Positions 50,156-62,509 of a stretch of DNA of 64,000 bases are shown piece after piece; within the stretch, counting starts at the first letter, position 1, and every line of letters begins with the position of its first letter. Where the stretch lies: contig NW_025964383.1 in NCBI RefSeq assembly GCF_023055435.1, positions 20,646,001 through 20,710,000 on the forward strand. Direction: 5' to 3'. This DNA comes from Haliotis rufescens (taxonomy: Eukaryota). Made by a program: the position numbers and the translations under genes. Under the pieces are notes generated by a model, which was given only the letters and a program-made list of their open reading frames with translations, searched no databases and was not told where the DNA came from.

Positions 50156-50372
50156 GCAAGTAAAAGGAAGTATTTTCTTAAAAGATATTCCAAAGGAATA
50201 TTCGTCTCTCGGAGTGTGATTACGGGTCTCTACTAACATGAAATCAAGGAGGAAAGAAGCCTGAATGTCGCAGACAACACAGGGTTAAACAAACTTTTAA
50301 ATCGTGGGCACGCTTGGTCCAGTCCTCTCTACTCAGACCTAACGTCTATGAAGCCGATTTTCGCTGTAAGAC

Positions 50373-51114
50373 TGTGGCGACTTTCACCTCTTCCTTCAGA
50401 GCGATATCTGATATATATTTCTACCGTGGCGACTTTCACCTCTTCCTTCAGGTGATATCTGATATATATTTCTACCGTGGCCACTTTCACACTCTCCTTC
50501 AGAGTGATATCTGATATATATTTCTACCGTGGCCACTTTCACCTCTTCCTTCAGAGTGATATCCCATATATATTTATACCGTGGCTACTTTCACCTCTTC
50601 CTTCAGAGTGATATCTGATATATATTTATACCGTGGCCACTTTCACCTCTTCCTTCAGAGTGATATCTGATATATATTTATACCGTGGCCACTTTCACCT
50701 CTTCCTTCAGAGTGATATCTGATATATATTTATACCGTGGCCACTTCCACACTCTCCTTCAGAGTGATATCTGATATGTATTACTACCGTGGCCACTTTC
50801 ACCTCTTCCTTCAGAGTGATATCTGATATATATTTATACCGTGGCCACTTTCACCTCTTCCTTCAGAGTGATATCTGATATATATTACTACCGTGGCCAA
50901 TTTTACACTCCCTTCCGAGCGATATCTGATATGTATTACTACCGTGGCCACTTTCACCTCTTCCTTCAGAGTGATATCTGATATATATTTATACCGTGGC
51001 CACTTTCACCTCTTCCTTCAGAGTGATATCTGATATATATTTATACCGTGGCCACTTTCACCTTTTCCTTCAGAGTGATATCTGATATATATTTCTACCG
51101 TGGCCACTTTCACC
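50373..51114. repeat. 52-bp minisatellite, about 14 units
   Basis: Unit CCGTGGCCACTTTCACCTCTTCCTTCAGAGTGATATCTGATATATATTTATA. Confidence 0.95.
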
Positions 51115-51209
51115 TACTACTGCTACTACTACTACTACTACTACTACTACTATTTTTATTACTTCTATTACTACTTAACCTACTTTTGTTACTACTACTA
51201 CTACTACTT

Positions 51210-51242
<33 letters not shown>

Positions 51243-51306
51243 TGCCTACTACTACAACTACTACTACTACTACTACTTTTGCTACTACTACTACTACTAC
51301 TTGCTT

Positions 51307-51339
<33 letters not shown>

Positions 51340-51368
51340 GCTTCTACTACTAGTACTACTTCTACTTA
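51114..51368. repeat. Imperfect (TAC)n microsatellite
   Basis: Read directly; source of the poly-L/poly-Y ORFs. Confidence 0.95.
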
Positions 51369-52797
51369 TGTAACCACCACACTGTTATCAGTCATTCTAC
51401 AGCCCCATATGTAACAATGGCACACACGGAAGATCTACACCTCCAAAACAACCCCTCTATAGCTAGGTACCACAGGTAGACACGCCGTCAGTGCGTATAC
51501 CTGACGCACGATCCCCCAACACATGGAATGCACATATTGGTGAGAGGATTGTTTGAAGTTCTGTAAGGAACATATTCAATCTACTGCTCTTCTTCGACAC
51601 ACGTGAAAGATAATATCGTTTTTATCTTTTCCTTTCTCTAAGACCATGTCATCATTCTCAGCGAAAGATGTAAAATGCACGCGATGTGTATAGCACACTC
51701 TAAGTCATACCGGCGTTGTGTGGGGTTTGTATGCGCGCACAGGAGCATGGAACTTGCCAAAGAAACAAGATGCCCCAAATGCAAAAATAAAGTTTGTGAG
51801 ATCGTACCGACCTCGTTAATAGAGAATGGCAACGAATAAACGATCAAGAAACAGATATTGATGGAAAAAGCATTAAGATAAGCGAGGTAAAGAAGTTGTA
51901 TTTCACACCATCTCTCCCTTTGACGCGGCAAAAATCATCCTTCATTCTCTTTGATTCGGCTCATAATTAACCTTTTAGAATGAGTCATTACCTACCCACT
52001 GCTAGACCGAAAACGATCGGGTAAAAACTGTAACACTCTTTCTGTTTTACTCCGTGATTGTCGGAAACAGATTCTCTGGAACCGCAGGGGAGAGCGGGTT
52101 TGCTACTTGGGACATTTGAGACCGCTCATGTTATCACTTGATTTTTCCTCTAATCCCGGTGAGACCAATTTAATGAACTTCCCACATATCCCGATCCCCT
52201 GTGGCATGGGTAGTTGTGGGTCGGGATATACCTTTATTGAAATGTGATTTTCCAGTTGAGGTGGCTCCCATGCCTGGCAAATGACCGCCATTATGGAGAA
52301 GAAAGATGTAGTGTTGGGCATGGAGTTTTTTGTTCCCAGTGCACTTTTTATTGGCAATGATCTGGAACGATTTTATCGGAAAGAAATGATTTCAACAGAT
52401 ACTCGAAAAAGAGAGATTTGCTTGCCATAGACTGCACACAGAGTGATCGCATGCACGTGTGTGACCTTTAGGGGGGGTTCCTCTGCCCACGTGGGGTGGG
52501 GGGGTTGGGGGGGGGGGGGGGGGGGATGGGTGTGAGCGGTTAGACCCAGACAAAGGAGGGCCTACCACCTCTTCGATCCCACAACCAGAGTACTGGGTAA
52601 TCGTTTCCAGATTCCAGAAATTACAGCAGAGGGTGTTTGTAACGGGCACTTAGTTACTTTAAGTAAATAACAGTATGCCAATCTGACCAATCATATTTAC
52701 GTTATTGGCTTATGAAGGATGTGCATTTATTACTGCAAAGCATCAGGCTGATGATGCAGCCAAAACACGCAATGGTGACTTGTTGAGTTCGCTGCGA

Positions 52798-52962
52798 TGA
52801 GTGAGTGAGTATGGTTTTACGCCGCTTTTAGCAATATTCCAGCAATATCACGGCGGGGGACACCAGAAATAGGCTTCACACATTGTACCCATGTCGGGAA
52901 TCGAACCCGGGGCTTCGGCGTGACGAGCGAACGCTTTAACCAGCAGGCTACCCGACCGCCCC
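52798..52962 (-). mobile_element. Family D SINE, full length
   Basis: TSD TC(G/A)CTGCGATG; head GGGGCGGTCGGGTAGCC...CTCGTCACGCCGAAG...GGTTCGATTCCCG. Confidence 0.92.
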
Positions 52963-53204
52963 TCACTGCGATGTATCTATCATACTTACATATGGACTAA
53001 TACCATCTTTATGACACTCGCAGCAAATAGCTGCAACATTGCTGATGCTGATGCGGCGTTTAACACTATTCACTCATTCACTCTTTCTTCCACAGTGATA
53101 TGCAACATTAGTTACTGTTACTAATAATTTATTGTTAAAATGTTTTGTGAATTTTACGTGAATTAATACTAACTTAATTTCGCATCTCTTAAGATAGGCA
53201 TCTG

Positions 53205-53354
53205 GATGTTTGACTTCGTTGATCGTATCCCAATTGCGTGGATCGATGCTTATGATGTCAATCAATGGGTTGTCTGGTCCAGACTCGAGTATTTACAGAC
53301 CGGCGTCATATAGCTTGAATATTGCTGAGTGCGGCGTTAAACAACAAACCAAAC
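53205..53354 (+). mobile_element. Family A, 5'-truncated
   Basis: Distal body and tail. Confidence 0.85.
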
Positions 53355-53577
53355 ATAGTGTGTCCCCTCATGCCTAACGTAATAACACACGCCCTATTCA
53401 GTGTATATCCCAAAAAAGAGACGACAGTCTGCAACCATTATGAAAATCTGCATCTTAATCGAGTAAAATTCCACTTTTTAACGGAACTATTTTCTGCTGA
53501 ATGAGACTGGTTTTCAGTCATGAAAGATCATGAAGATCATGTATGTATGTGCGTATGTTTGTATGCATGTATGTATG

Positions 53578-53733
53578 TGACACAATATACTGACTCCGAG
53601 CCAGGAGTTGTTTTATTCCCTTAATGCCGACTGCCAGACAGGGTAACAACAAGCACCATATTTTCGCAAGACGCGGTCGGGGATCGACCAACTGATCTTC
53701 CGTTCCCCGACAGACGCTCTAGCCACTAGATCT
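53578..53733 (-). mobile_element. Family M fragment (head plus Meta-like body)
   Basis: TATACTGACTCCGAGCC...CCTTAATGCCGA...CAGGGTAACAACAAG...GGGGATCGA. Confidence 0.75.
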
Positions 53734-55248
53734 GGTTATGTCAAACTGACATGACGTCATAGAGCATAAGAATGTTTAGAACACAGCAAAAGATAAAAAA
53801 AAGTATTTCTAAAACATAACACATTTTTATTAGTTACATCCTTAAATATACTTAATAACCTATCTGAATACGGGTAGGATGTCAATGCAACTTTATGTGT
53901 CTCGGTATTCCTCCTTAAACTGGCCCTGTATAGATGTCCTATATCGTTACACTGATAATGTGAACTAAACTACAAATCACACGCCCAAATATCGTAAAAA
54001 TATTGTTTGAAATTGTATACGCGAAATGCCTGTATTCCCACAAGATAAATATATTAAAACACTTTTGTTAATATCCGGGCCATTATTTGTATGATGTGAA
54101 AATGGCATAAAAGATATATTTAAGTATTTTGAAACAACATAAAACAAATAGGTTAACCCTTTCATAACCCCGCCCATATGGAAATAGATTTAATACTTTG
54201 TAAACGTACACTCTTCACATTGTGTTCCCTTTAATTAACTCAGGCCTCGTATTAAAACGCCTTTATAGATTTATTCAATTGAAATTATTAGTCACGTTCC
54301 AAACTGGTGTTGTTTGATATGCCCGGGTGGTTATACGTCAAAATAGCAACATTATGGCCCCACAGCGCGAGACAAATCAGACTGGCTTTATAGAGGAGTT
54401 GCATCTTTAGAAGTACCCCACCCAGTACCCTGGAAGAGCCAGAGCGTTATCCGAGGCGTATTCAAATGAAGACATTTCACAGTGGTCACAATGATTTTCT
54501 ACCCGCGTTCAATGGGTGTTTATAATAATGTAAAATGTCTTTTGTTAAAAGATAATTATGGATTTTTACTCTTCGTGCTTGAATTATTGCCCATTGAAAC
54601 CTAAAGGCTGACACCAGCGTTCATTGAAATAGCAGGGGGCCGAAGCATGAGTCATACCACCATTTTGGTTGTTTTAGAACACGGCTTAAGAATTTTGAAA
54701 GAGGTTTTAAAAGCTTTCATACATTCGATATGAATATGCAGTGGGTAATCATGGCATGCTGATAAAAAAAAACTTTCCTTATGGTTCTATTAGAGACGCG
54801 ATAGTAATGCAAGGGTGACAGATGCCGCATGTTTCTCATAGCTCAAAACTATTTCGTACGTTCGTCATTATATATCTGCAGAGTCATCTGTGCCGAAGGT
54901 CGAAACACTTTAAATCGTCGCCCGTTTAAACTTAACTGTTATTACGAAAATCGTGACACACTTTCTTTTACAATTGGATTGAAGGGGATTTTTTAATACC
55001 TTTAAATTCAGTTGTGAAACTGTGCGTAACCTCGTGTGTTTTGAGCTGGTATTGACATGAATGCGTTCACAAGGAAATGTGTACAAGCACTGATGCGTGT
55101 TTGTAAAGTTAAATATTACATCTAACCCGCTCTTGCGGTTACATCAAAATCACAACTTTGCTGACATATAATGTTTACAGGTCGTGTTATTACTGAAGTA
55201 CTGTTCAAAGCGGCGTTAGATGCATCTCATTCACTTCTGTAATGTATA

Positions 55249-55351
55249 CGAGATTCGAACCCACAATCAAAGCTTTCTGGCGTGTCTAAGGGACACAACT
55301 CTGCACAGCGAATCGCGGCGCCTTAGACGACTGGGCCACCAGTGCCCCCTC
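55249..55351 (-). mobile_element. Head-only (tailless) family B insertion
   Basis: tRNA-like head ending just after GGTTCGAATCTCG; flanked by TAATGTATA at 55240 and 55352. Confidence 0.7.
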
Positions 55352-55597
55352 TAATGTATAAAGTCTCTAACAAGCAGACAAATACGATAAAAAGCAATAG
55401 ATACAAAAATTACACAACCAGACAGTCAACCAGATCAATTCCCCATCGGCAAACCCACCCATCCACTTTCATGACCTCCCCCACCTGACACCATGACCCC
55501 CCTTCACAGCCAACCCATAGATGGAATATTGATGAAAGAGGCTTTACACAACAACCAACCAACCAAGACGCCTTAACCTGCACATCCTCCTCCAATT

Positions 55598-58283
55598 CCA
55601 ACATCCACCCACACCATCTCCCTCCCTGTCAACATCCACCCACACCATCTCCCTCCATGTCAACATCCACCACACCATCACCCACAATGTCAACATCCAC
55701 CACACCATCACCCAGAATGTCAACATCCACCCACACCATCACCCACCATGTCAACATCCATCCACACCATCTCCCACCCTGTCAACATCCACCCACACCA
55801 TCTCCCTCCATGTCAACATCCACCCACACCATCTCCCTCCCTGTCAACATCCACACCATCTCCCTCCCTGTCAACATCCACCACACCATTTCCCTCCCTG
55901 TCAACAACCACCCACACTGTCAACATCCACCCACACCATCTCCCTCCCTGTCAACATCCACCCACACCATCTCCCTCCCTGTCAACATCCATCCACACCA
56001 TCTCCCTCCCTGTCAACATCCACCCACACCATCTCCCCCATGTCAACATCCACCCACACCATCTCCCTCCATGTCAACATCCACCACACCACCCCCCTCC
56101 CTGTCAACATCCACACCATCTCCCTCTATGTCAACATCCACCCACACCATTTCCCTCCCTGTCAACAACCACCCACACTGTCAACATCCACCCACACCAT
56201 CTCCCTCCCTGTCAGTATCCACCCACACCATCTCCCTCCCTGTCAAAATCCACCCACACCATCTCCCACCATATCAACATCCACCCACACTATCTCCCTC
56301 CCTGTCAACATCCACCCACACCATCTCCCTCCCTGTCAACATCCACCCACACCATCTCCCTCCCTGTCAACATCCATCCACACCATCTCCCACCCTGTCA
56401 ACATCCACCACAACATCTCCCTCCCTGTCAACATCCACACCATCTCCCTCCATGTCAACATCCACCCACACCATTTCCCTCCCTGTCAACAACCACCCAC
56501 ACTGTCAACATCAACCCACATCATCTCCCTCCATTTCAACATCCATCCACACCATCTCCCACCCTGTCAAGATCCGACCACACCATCTCCCTCCATGTCA
56601 ACATTCACCCACACCATCTCCAACCATGTCAACATCCACCCACACCATCTCCCACCATATCAACATCCACCCACACCATCTCCCTCCATGTCAACATCCA
56701 CCCACACCATCTCCCTCCCTGTCAACATCCACACCATCTCCCTCTATGTCAACATCCACCCACACCATTTCCCTCCCTGTCAACAACCACCCACACTGTC
56801 AACATCCACCCATACCATCTCCCTCCCTGTCAACATCCACCCACACCATCTCCCTCCCTGTCAACATCCATCCACACCATCTCCCTCCCTGTCAACATCC
56901 ACACCATCTCCCTCTATGTCAACATCCACCCACACCATTTCCCTCCATGTCAACAACCACCCACACTGTCAACATCCACCCACACCATCTCCCTCCCTGT
57001 CAACATCCACCCACACCATCTCCCTCCCTGTCAACATCCACCCACACCATCTCCCTCGCTGTCAACATCCACCCACACTATCTCCCACCATATCAACATC
57101 CACCCACACCATCTCCCTCCCTGTCAACATCCACCCACACCATCTCCCTCCCTGTCAACATCCACCCACACCATCTCCCTCGCTGTCAACATCCACCCAC
57201 ACCATCTCCCTCGCTGTCAACATCCACCCACACCATCTCCCTCCATGTCAACATCCACCCACACCATCTCCCTCCATGTCAACATCCACCCACACCATCT
57301 CCCATCATGTCAACATCCACCCATACCATCACCCTGCCTGTCAACATCCACCCACACCATCTGCATCCATGTCAACATCCACCCACACCATCTCCCTCCC
57401 TGTCAACATCCATCCACACCATCTCCCTCCCTGTCAACATCCACCCACACCATATCCCTCCCTGTCAACATCCACCCACACCATCTCCCTCCCTGTCAAC
57501 ATCCACCACACCATCTCCCTCCATGTCAACATCCACACCATCTCCCTCTATGTCAACATCCACCCACACCATTTCCCTCCATGTTAACAACCACCCACAC
57601 TGTCAACATCCACCCACACCATCTCCCTCCCTGTCAACATCCACCCACACCATCTCCCTCCCTGTCAACATCCACCCACACCATCTCCCACCATATCAAC
57701 ATCCACCCACACCATCGCCCTCCCTGTCAACATCCACCCACACCATCTCCCCCCATGTCAACATCCACCCACATCATCTCCCTCCATGTCAACATCCACC
57801 ACACCATCTCCCTTCCTGTCAACACCCACACAATCTCCCTCCATGTCAACATCCACCCACATCATCTCCCTCCATGTCAACATCCACCCACACCATCTCC
57901 CTCCATGTCAACATCCACCCACACCATCTCCCTCCATGTCAACATCCACCCACACCATCTCCCACCATATCAACATCCACCCACACCATCTCCCTTCCTG
58001 TCAACATCCACACCATCTCCCTCCATGTCAACATCCACCACACCATCTCCCATCATGTGAACATCCACCCACACCATCTCCCTTCATGTCAACATCCACC
58101 CACACCATCACCAACCCTTGCCAACATCCACCCACACCATCACCCACCCATCCCAACATCCACCCACACCATCACCCAACCATCACAACATCCACCCACA
58201 CCATCACCCACCCTTGCTAACATCCACCACACCATCACCCAACCATCACAACATCCACCCACACCATCACCCACCCTTGCCAA
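55598..58283. repeat. 31-bp C/A-rich minisatellite, about 2.7 kb
   Basis: Unit TGTCAACATCCACCCACACCATCTCCCTCCC with 22-30-bp variants; source of the 893, 770 and 515-aa ORFs. Confidence 0.97.
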
Positions 58284-58647
58284 CAGAAACTGGTACATAA
58301 TTAAGGAATATTTATTAAAATGTAAAGTCATTTGTTAGAAACCGTTGAATATATCCTGATGCATTAACATGTAGCATTGGTGTACGCCAAGGTTGTATTC
58401 TTAGCACCTCCCTTTTCTGTATTTTCATCAATGAACTTGCTGCACGAATTTAGGATAATTGTGCTTATAGTATACAGATGCATGCAGATATTGTTTGCAT
58501 ATTTTTGTAGCTTATTGCTGATGATATGGTTATGTTCATGAGTACTATAAAAGGTTTACAAAATTTGATAGATAAACAGAGCTGTTTTGTTGTTAACTCG
58601 AAGTAAACACTGAAAAACGAATGTGTCAGATTTTGAAAAGGTAAATA

Positions 58648-58822
58648 CAGTAAACTACGGTTATAACGAACTCAAAGGGTCTACTAATTTTAGTTCATTA
58701 TAACCGTAGTTCGTTATAAGTACATATACAGCATGACAACAGCAAGTAGTCGAGACCAAAAAGTAAGTTCGTTATATCCGTCAGTTCGTTATAAGCGTGT
58801 TCGTTATAACCGTAGTTTACTG
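58648..58822. mobile_element. pogo/Tigger-like MITE (same family as 11521) inserted in the LINE
   Basis: Identical 24-bp TIRs, TA TSD, opposite orientation to the 11521 copy. Confidence 0.92.
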
Positions 58823-59108
58823 TATACTATGAAGTAGTATTTTAATTCACAACCGTTGCAAATTGTCACTTCCTATAAATATCTGGGGGGTACTTTAACA
58901 GGCAGATTATCGTGGAATTGTCACACCAGTAATGCAGCAATCCAGTCGAAAAGATAATGATGGGTATTTTATATAGTTTAAAAACTTTAACCGATCTTTC
59001 ATACCACACTTTTTAAAATATATTTCATGCCAAATAACTTCTATTCTTTTGTATGGAACTGAGGTCTGGGGTCATAATGAATACAGAGCTATTGAACCTG
59101 TCCATTTA

Positions 59109-59246
59109 CAGTAAACTACGGTTATAACGAACCCAAAGGGATCTCTAATTTCAGTTCGTTATAACCGTAGTTCGTTATAAGCATATATACATTATATATA
59201 AAACAAATGATCGGAGAAATGAATTCGTTATATCCGTCTGTTCGTT
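59109..59246. mobile_element. Truncated third copy of the same MITE
   Basis: TA + CAGTAAACTACGGTTATAACGAAC; the other end is missing. Confidence 0.85.
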
Positions 59247-59527
59247 GAGCAATGTGATTGAAGATGAGTTTCATTTGGAAAGGATTTTGTCGCTTTGTTT
59301 TATTTTCTGACTGTTAATTTGTCCAAAATACGACTGCCGTTTAATGTACACCCCACTCAATAAATATATATATATATTGATAATGTTAACAAGTAATAAT
59401 AATATTCTATCATGTTGTGTCAGTTAGAATATGAACTATTCAAGACATGTGCAACCACTCCCGAAAATAGGATTGCCTAGGTCTTTCAGTGTGGAACAAA
59501 ACTTATCCTAATCTATATCCTAATGCT

Positions 59528-59908
59528 ACGGAAGCCTGTTTGGGCCATTTGTTGTTTTGTCTTTCTTCTTAAAATTTCAAGATACTAAGTTGATTTTAAA
59601 GACACCAACTTGAAATTTCAAGATAATTTGTTGAAATTTCAAAATACATAAGTTGAAATATCAAGATACTAACTTGAAATTTCAAGATAATAACTTGAAA
59701 TTCCAAGATACATACCTAGTTGAAATTTCAACATCATTATCTTGAAATTTCAAGATAAAAAGTTGAAATTTCAAGTTAATATCTTGAAATTTCAACTTAG
59801 TATCTTGAAATTTCAACATCACATCTTGGTATTTCAATTTAGTTTCTTGAAATTTAAAGAAAAAACACACAAAAAACCCAAAAACAAATGGCCCTAAAAG
59901 GCTTCCGT
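59528..59908. mobile_element. Foldback-type palindromic MITE with modular internal repeats
   Basis: Ends ACGGAAGCCTGTTTGGGCCATTTGTT / AACAAATGGCCCTAAAAGGCTTCCGT; internal units of about 21 bp built on TTGAAATTTCAA. Confidence 0.85.
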
Positions 59909-60527
59909 TTACTGCTCTCATATTACGTAAAAAATATTGACACACTCACACTAATAAAAAGTAGTCACAGGACTCACTTACTCACTCACTCACTCACACA
60001 ATGAATTACATTCAACATCCCCTCTGCCCGACCCAGCAATCTCACAGAGAGGATGTCGCAATCAAAACTGTCGATTCAAATCCCAGTATTGTCCTTTAGT
60101 ATGCTTGATAATGGTCGCCTTGAACACCTCGCCCCATGACACTGCGCGGAGGTATTATAGGAGTGAGACGTCTCAATGACTTTCAATGCTACGCGATTCC
60201 CCCCTGTCATAATACTCGCAGTCTGTGTTGCATTACTTGTAATAAAGACCACAGGCGGCCAGGGAAGTAATATACACCCTGTCTGCGCCGTGTTTAATCA
60301 TCTCCACGTTACACTGATACTCGTACCATTATACATTATTTATTTGAAAAATCAGGAGGCAATTTCGAGAGTATTGACAAATTTGGATATATGCTGTTTT
60401 ACCTTTTATTTATGTTTGAATCTTTTATCAATTTTACAAATAAATACAGTTGCGATGAAATACGCTACTGATAGTGAACTAAGTGACGTGTTGTGATCAA
60501 AACAACCTGCCTACTTATGCATGCTGA

Positions 60528-60722
60528 AGTGAGTGAGTTAATTTTAACGCCTCTTTAAACATTATTTCTGTTATATCACGGCGTGTCAGTTTAATGTGGG
60601 AGGAAAGCCCGAAGTGATGCAGGTCTCAGACGTTTACCCCTTTGGTGAAACCCACGACCACAGGTATGGTGCTGACAAACCTAGAAACATAATCTGGGCA
60701 AACCGGGATTCGACCCCCCCCC

Positions 60723-60753
<31 letters not shown>

Positions 60754-60838
60754 ACAACCCCCCTCCCCCCCTGACACGCCGCGATATGACTGGAATACTG
60801 TTAAAAGCGGCGTTAAACCCAACTCACTCACTCACTCA
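60528..60838. mobile_element. Composite family B: minus-strand body (60528-60716), poly-C/(CA)n, plus-strand tail (60771-60838)
   Basis: Both ends carry the family B tail, in opposite orientations. Confidence 0.8.
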
Positions 60839-61046
60839 TCATTCGATTTACATGCGTTGTGTGTCTATTTAATTTGGAAGGAAAGTGAGGCAGGAATTAG
60901 ACTTATACCATTTTAGTGAATCCACGAGCAAGGGAAGGTACTGATAAACCAAAAGAAATAGAATCAGGGCGATTATGGGATTCGAACCACGATAATAGAT
61001 TTGTAGCACGCCTTTGCAAACTGTGAAAAGCAGACTAGGACACCCT

Positions 61047-61200
61047 TGGTTTTATGCCGCTCTTAGCAATATTCCAGCAATATCACGGCGGGGGACACAA
61101 GAAATGGGCTTCACACATTGTACCCATGTGGGGAATCGAACTCGGCTCTTTGGCGTGACGAGCGAACGCTTTAATCCATTAGACTTCCCCGCCGCTCCCT
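61047..61200 (-). mobile_element. Family D SINE, moderately diverged
   Basis: Matches the other D copies. Confidence 0.88.
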
Positions 61201-61329
61201 CCTTGAAGATGCACTCATACGTATAGAAGAAAACTGAAAGGTTTTAGTAAACATAAAAAATCATGATGTGATTATTTCCCAATACTGTTGAATCGAATTT
61301 AGAAGTTTGATTTACTTTGTTTTATATTG

Positions 61330-61518
61330 CGTTCCGTAAGATGCGACTAACGGGATCGGGTGGTCAGGCTCGCTGACTTGGTTGATGCATGTCATCGATC
61401 CCAATTGTGTGTCAATCACTGGCCATGGATTGTCTTGTCCAGACTCGATTATTAACAGACCGCCGTCATATAGCTGGAATATTGCTGAGTGCGGCGTGTT
61501 TAACAACAAACAAACAAA
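61330..61518 (+). mobile_element. Family A, 5'-truncated
   Basis: CGTAAGATGCGACTAACGGGATCGGGTGG...tail. Confidence 0.88.
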
Positions 61519-61958
61519 TCATACTGCGTTCTGCTCGTCTTCTATAATTCAAGTAATAACTGTGAAACTAAAAGAAAAGTACTTCCAATGTAATCATGTG
61601 AAATACGAAACATGTGTGCACTGCTTCAGACAGGATAGATGACATTAATGATAATCAGTCCGCTTGAAATATTACTAGCCACGGGATAACGACCAGGCAA
61701 TTATTTCATATCTGGTTGTCCACATTTCACCGTCTCTTTGTTACACCACTTAATCCAGACGATGTCGTTCCCCGTGACAGCGTCGGATTAGAGTAGAAGA
61801 AAGTAAACAACCATGTTTCATGGGTAACAATGAAATAAACAATACATAGTTATCCGATGGTGATGTATTTGATAGGGGTATCATAGAAATGGTTTGGACT
61901 TTAAGTCTGCTAAGTTTTCAGGCTAGTAACGTTTTCGATAACGTTTGTATTTTCTTTT

Positions 61959-62007
61959 GGTAAAATCCAGTTTTCAAGTGTATACTTTCTTTTGCCCTGT
62001 GGTTTAT
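61959..62007. mobile_element. Solo end of a family E MITE
   Basis: GGTAAAATCCAGTTTTCAAGTGTATACTTT...CCCTGTGGTTTAT resembles 10964-11010. Confidence 0.55.
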
Positions 62008-62509
62008 ACGACATATCATAATCCAGCCTACCATACTACCCAATTCTGAATGCCTAGAGCTCCCTTATATTTATAGTAAAGACAATTTAACAAAACCATT
62101 TGTGTGATTAAATTCAGTTTATTATATTCCATTAATTCATAAATGTCCCCAGCAGCATTGGTCCACAATGCGGGGTGTCCGGTATAACTGGATCCGTACT
62201 ATAGAGGTTTCCGCTGGTCGCGGTTTCTCGAAAGCCCGGTTGTGTCGAAGTGTTTGTTTAGTTGCTTTGCGCTGCGTGTCGCCATGCGTGTTGTGTGCAC
62301 ACAGCTAGTGTCTATCCAAGACCATTCAAATGCATGCATCGATATTAACAAAGAGATAACACGTTTTCTCCATAACGACAGACAGAAAGCACAATGACTA
62401 AAGAGTGGACATAGTTATTAAAGATATATCAATGCTAAGGCTTCATCCATTTTCACACGTACTTTGCCTCCTTTGTGAACTACCAAAAACGTCAACGACA
62501 GCGTCAACA

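Larger units (their letters stand above)
58290..59400 (+). mobile_element. Decayed non-LTR retrotransposon (LINE) ORF2 fragment, RT domain to C-terminus; RTE-X-like by recall
   Basis: Manual translation with stops and frameshifts: VKSFVR...GVRQGCILSTSLFCIFINEL...LIADDMV...GLQNLID; QIVTSYKYLG; ILLYGTEVWG...IEPVHL; NVIEDEFH...LLICPKYD. Confidence 0.88.

Noticed and set aside
51048-51414. Poly-Leu and poly-Tyr ORFs
   Set aside because: Translations of the (TAC)n microsatellite.
52885-52962. Functional tRNA-Asp(GTC) gene
   Set aside because: Acceptor and anticodon stems are imperfect, and the head is always fused to a SINE tail with TSDs.
55657-58338. 893, 770 and 515-aa mucin/extensin-like ORFs
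   Set aside because: All three plus frames are open because the 31-bp unit lacks stop codons; unit length is not a multiple of 3 and indels switch frames freely.
9181-61200. All six well-preserved D SINEs lie on the minus strand
   Set aside because: Small sample; decayed D copies near 21533 and 28395 are on plus, and family A is mostly plus.
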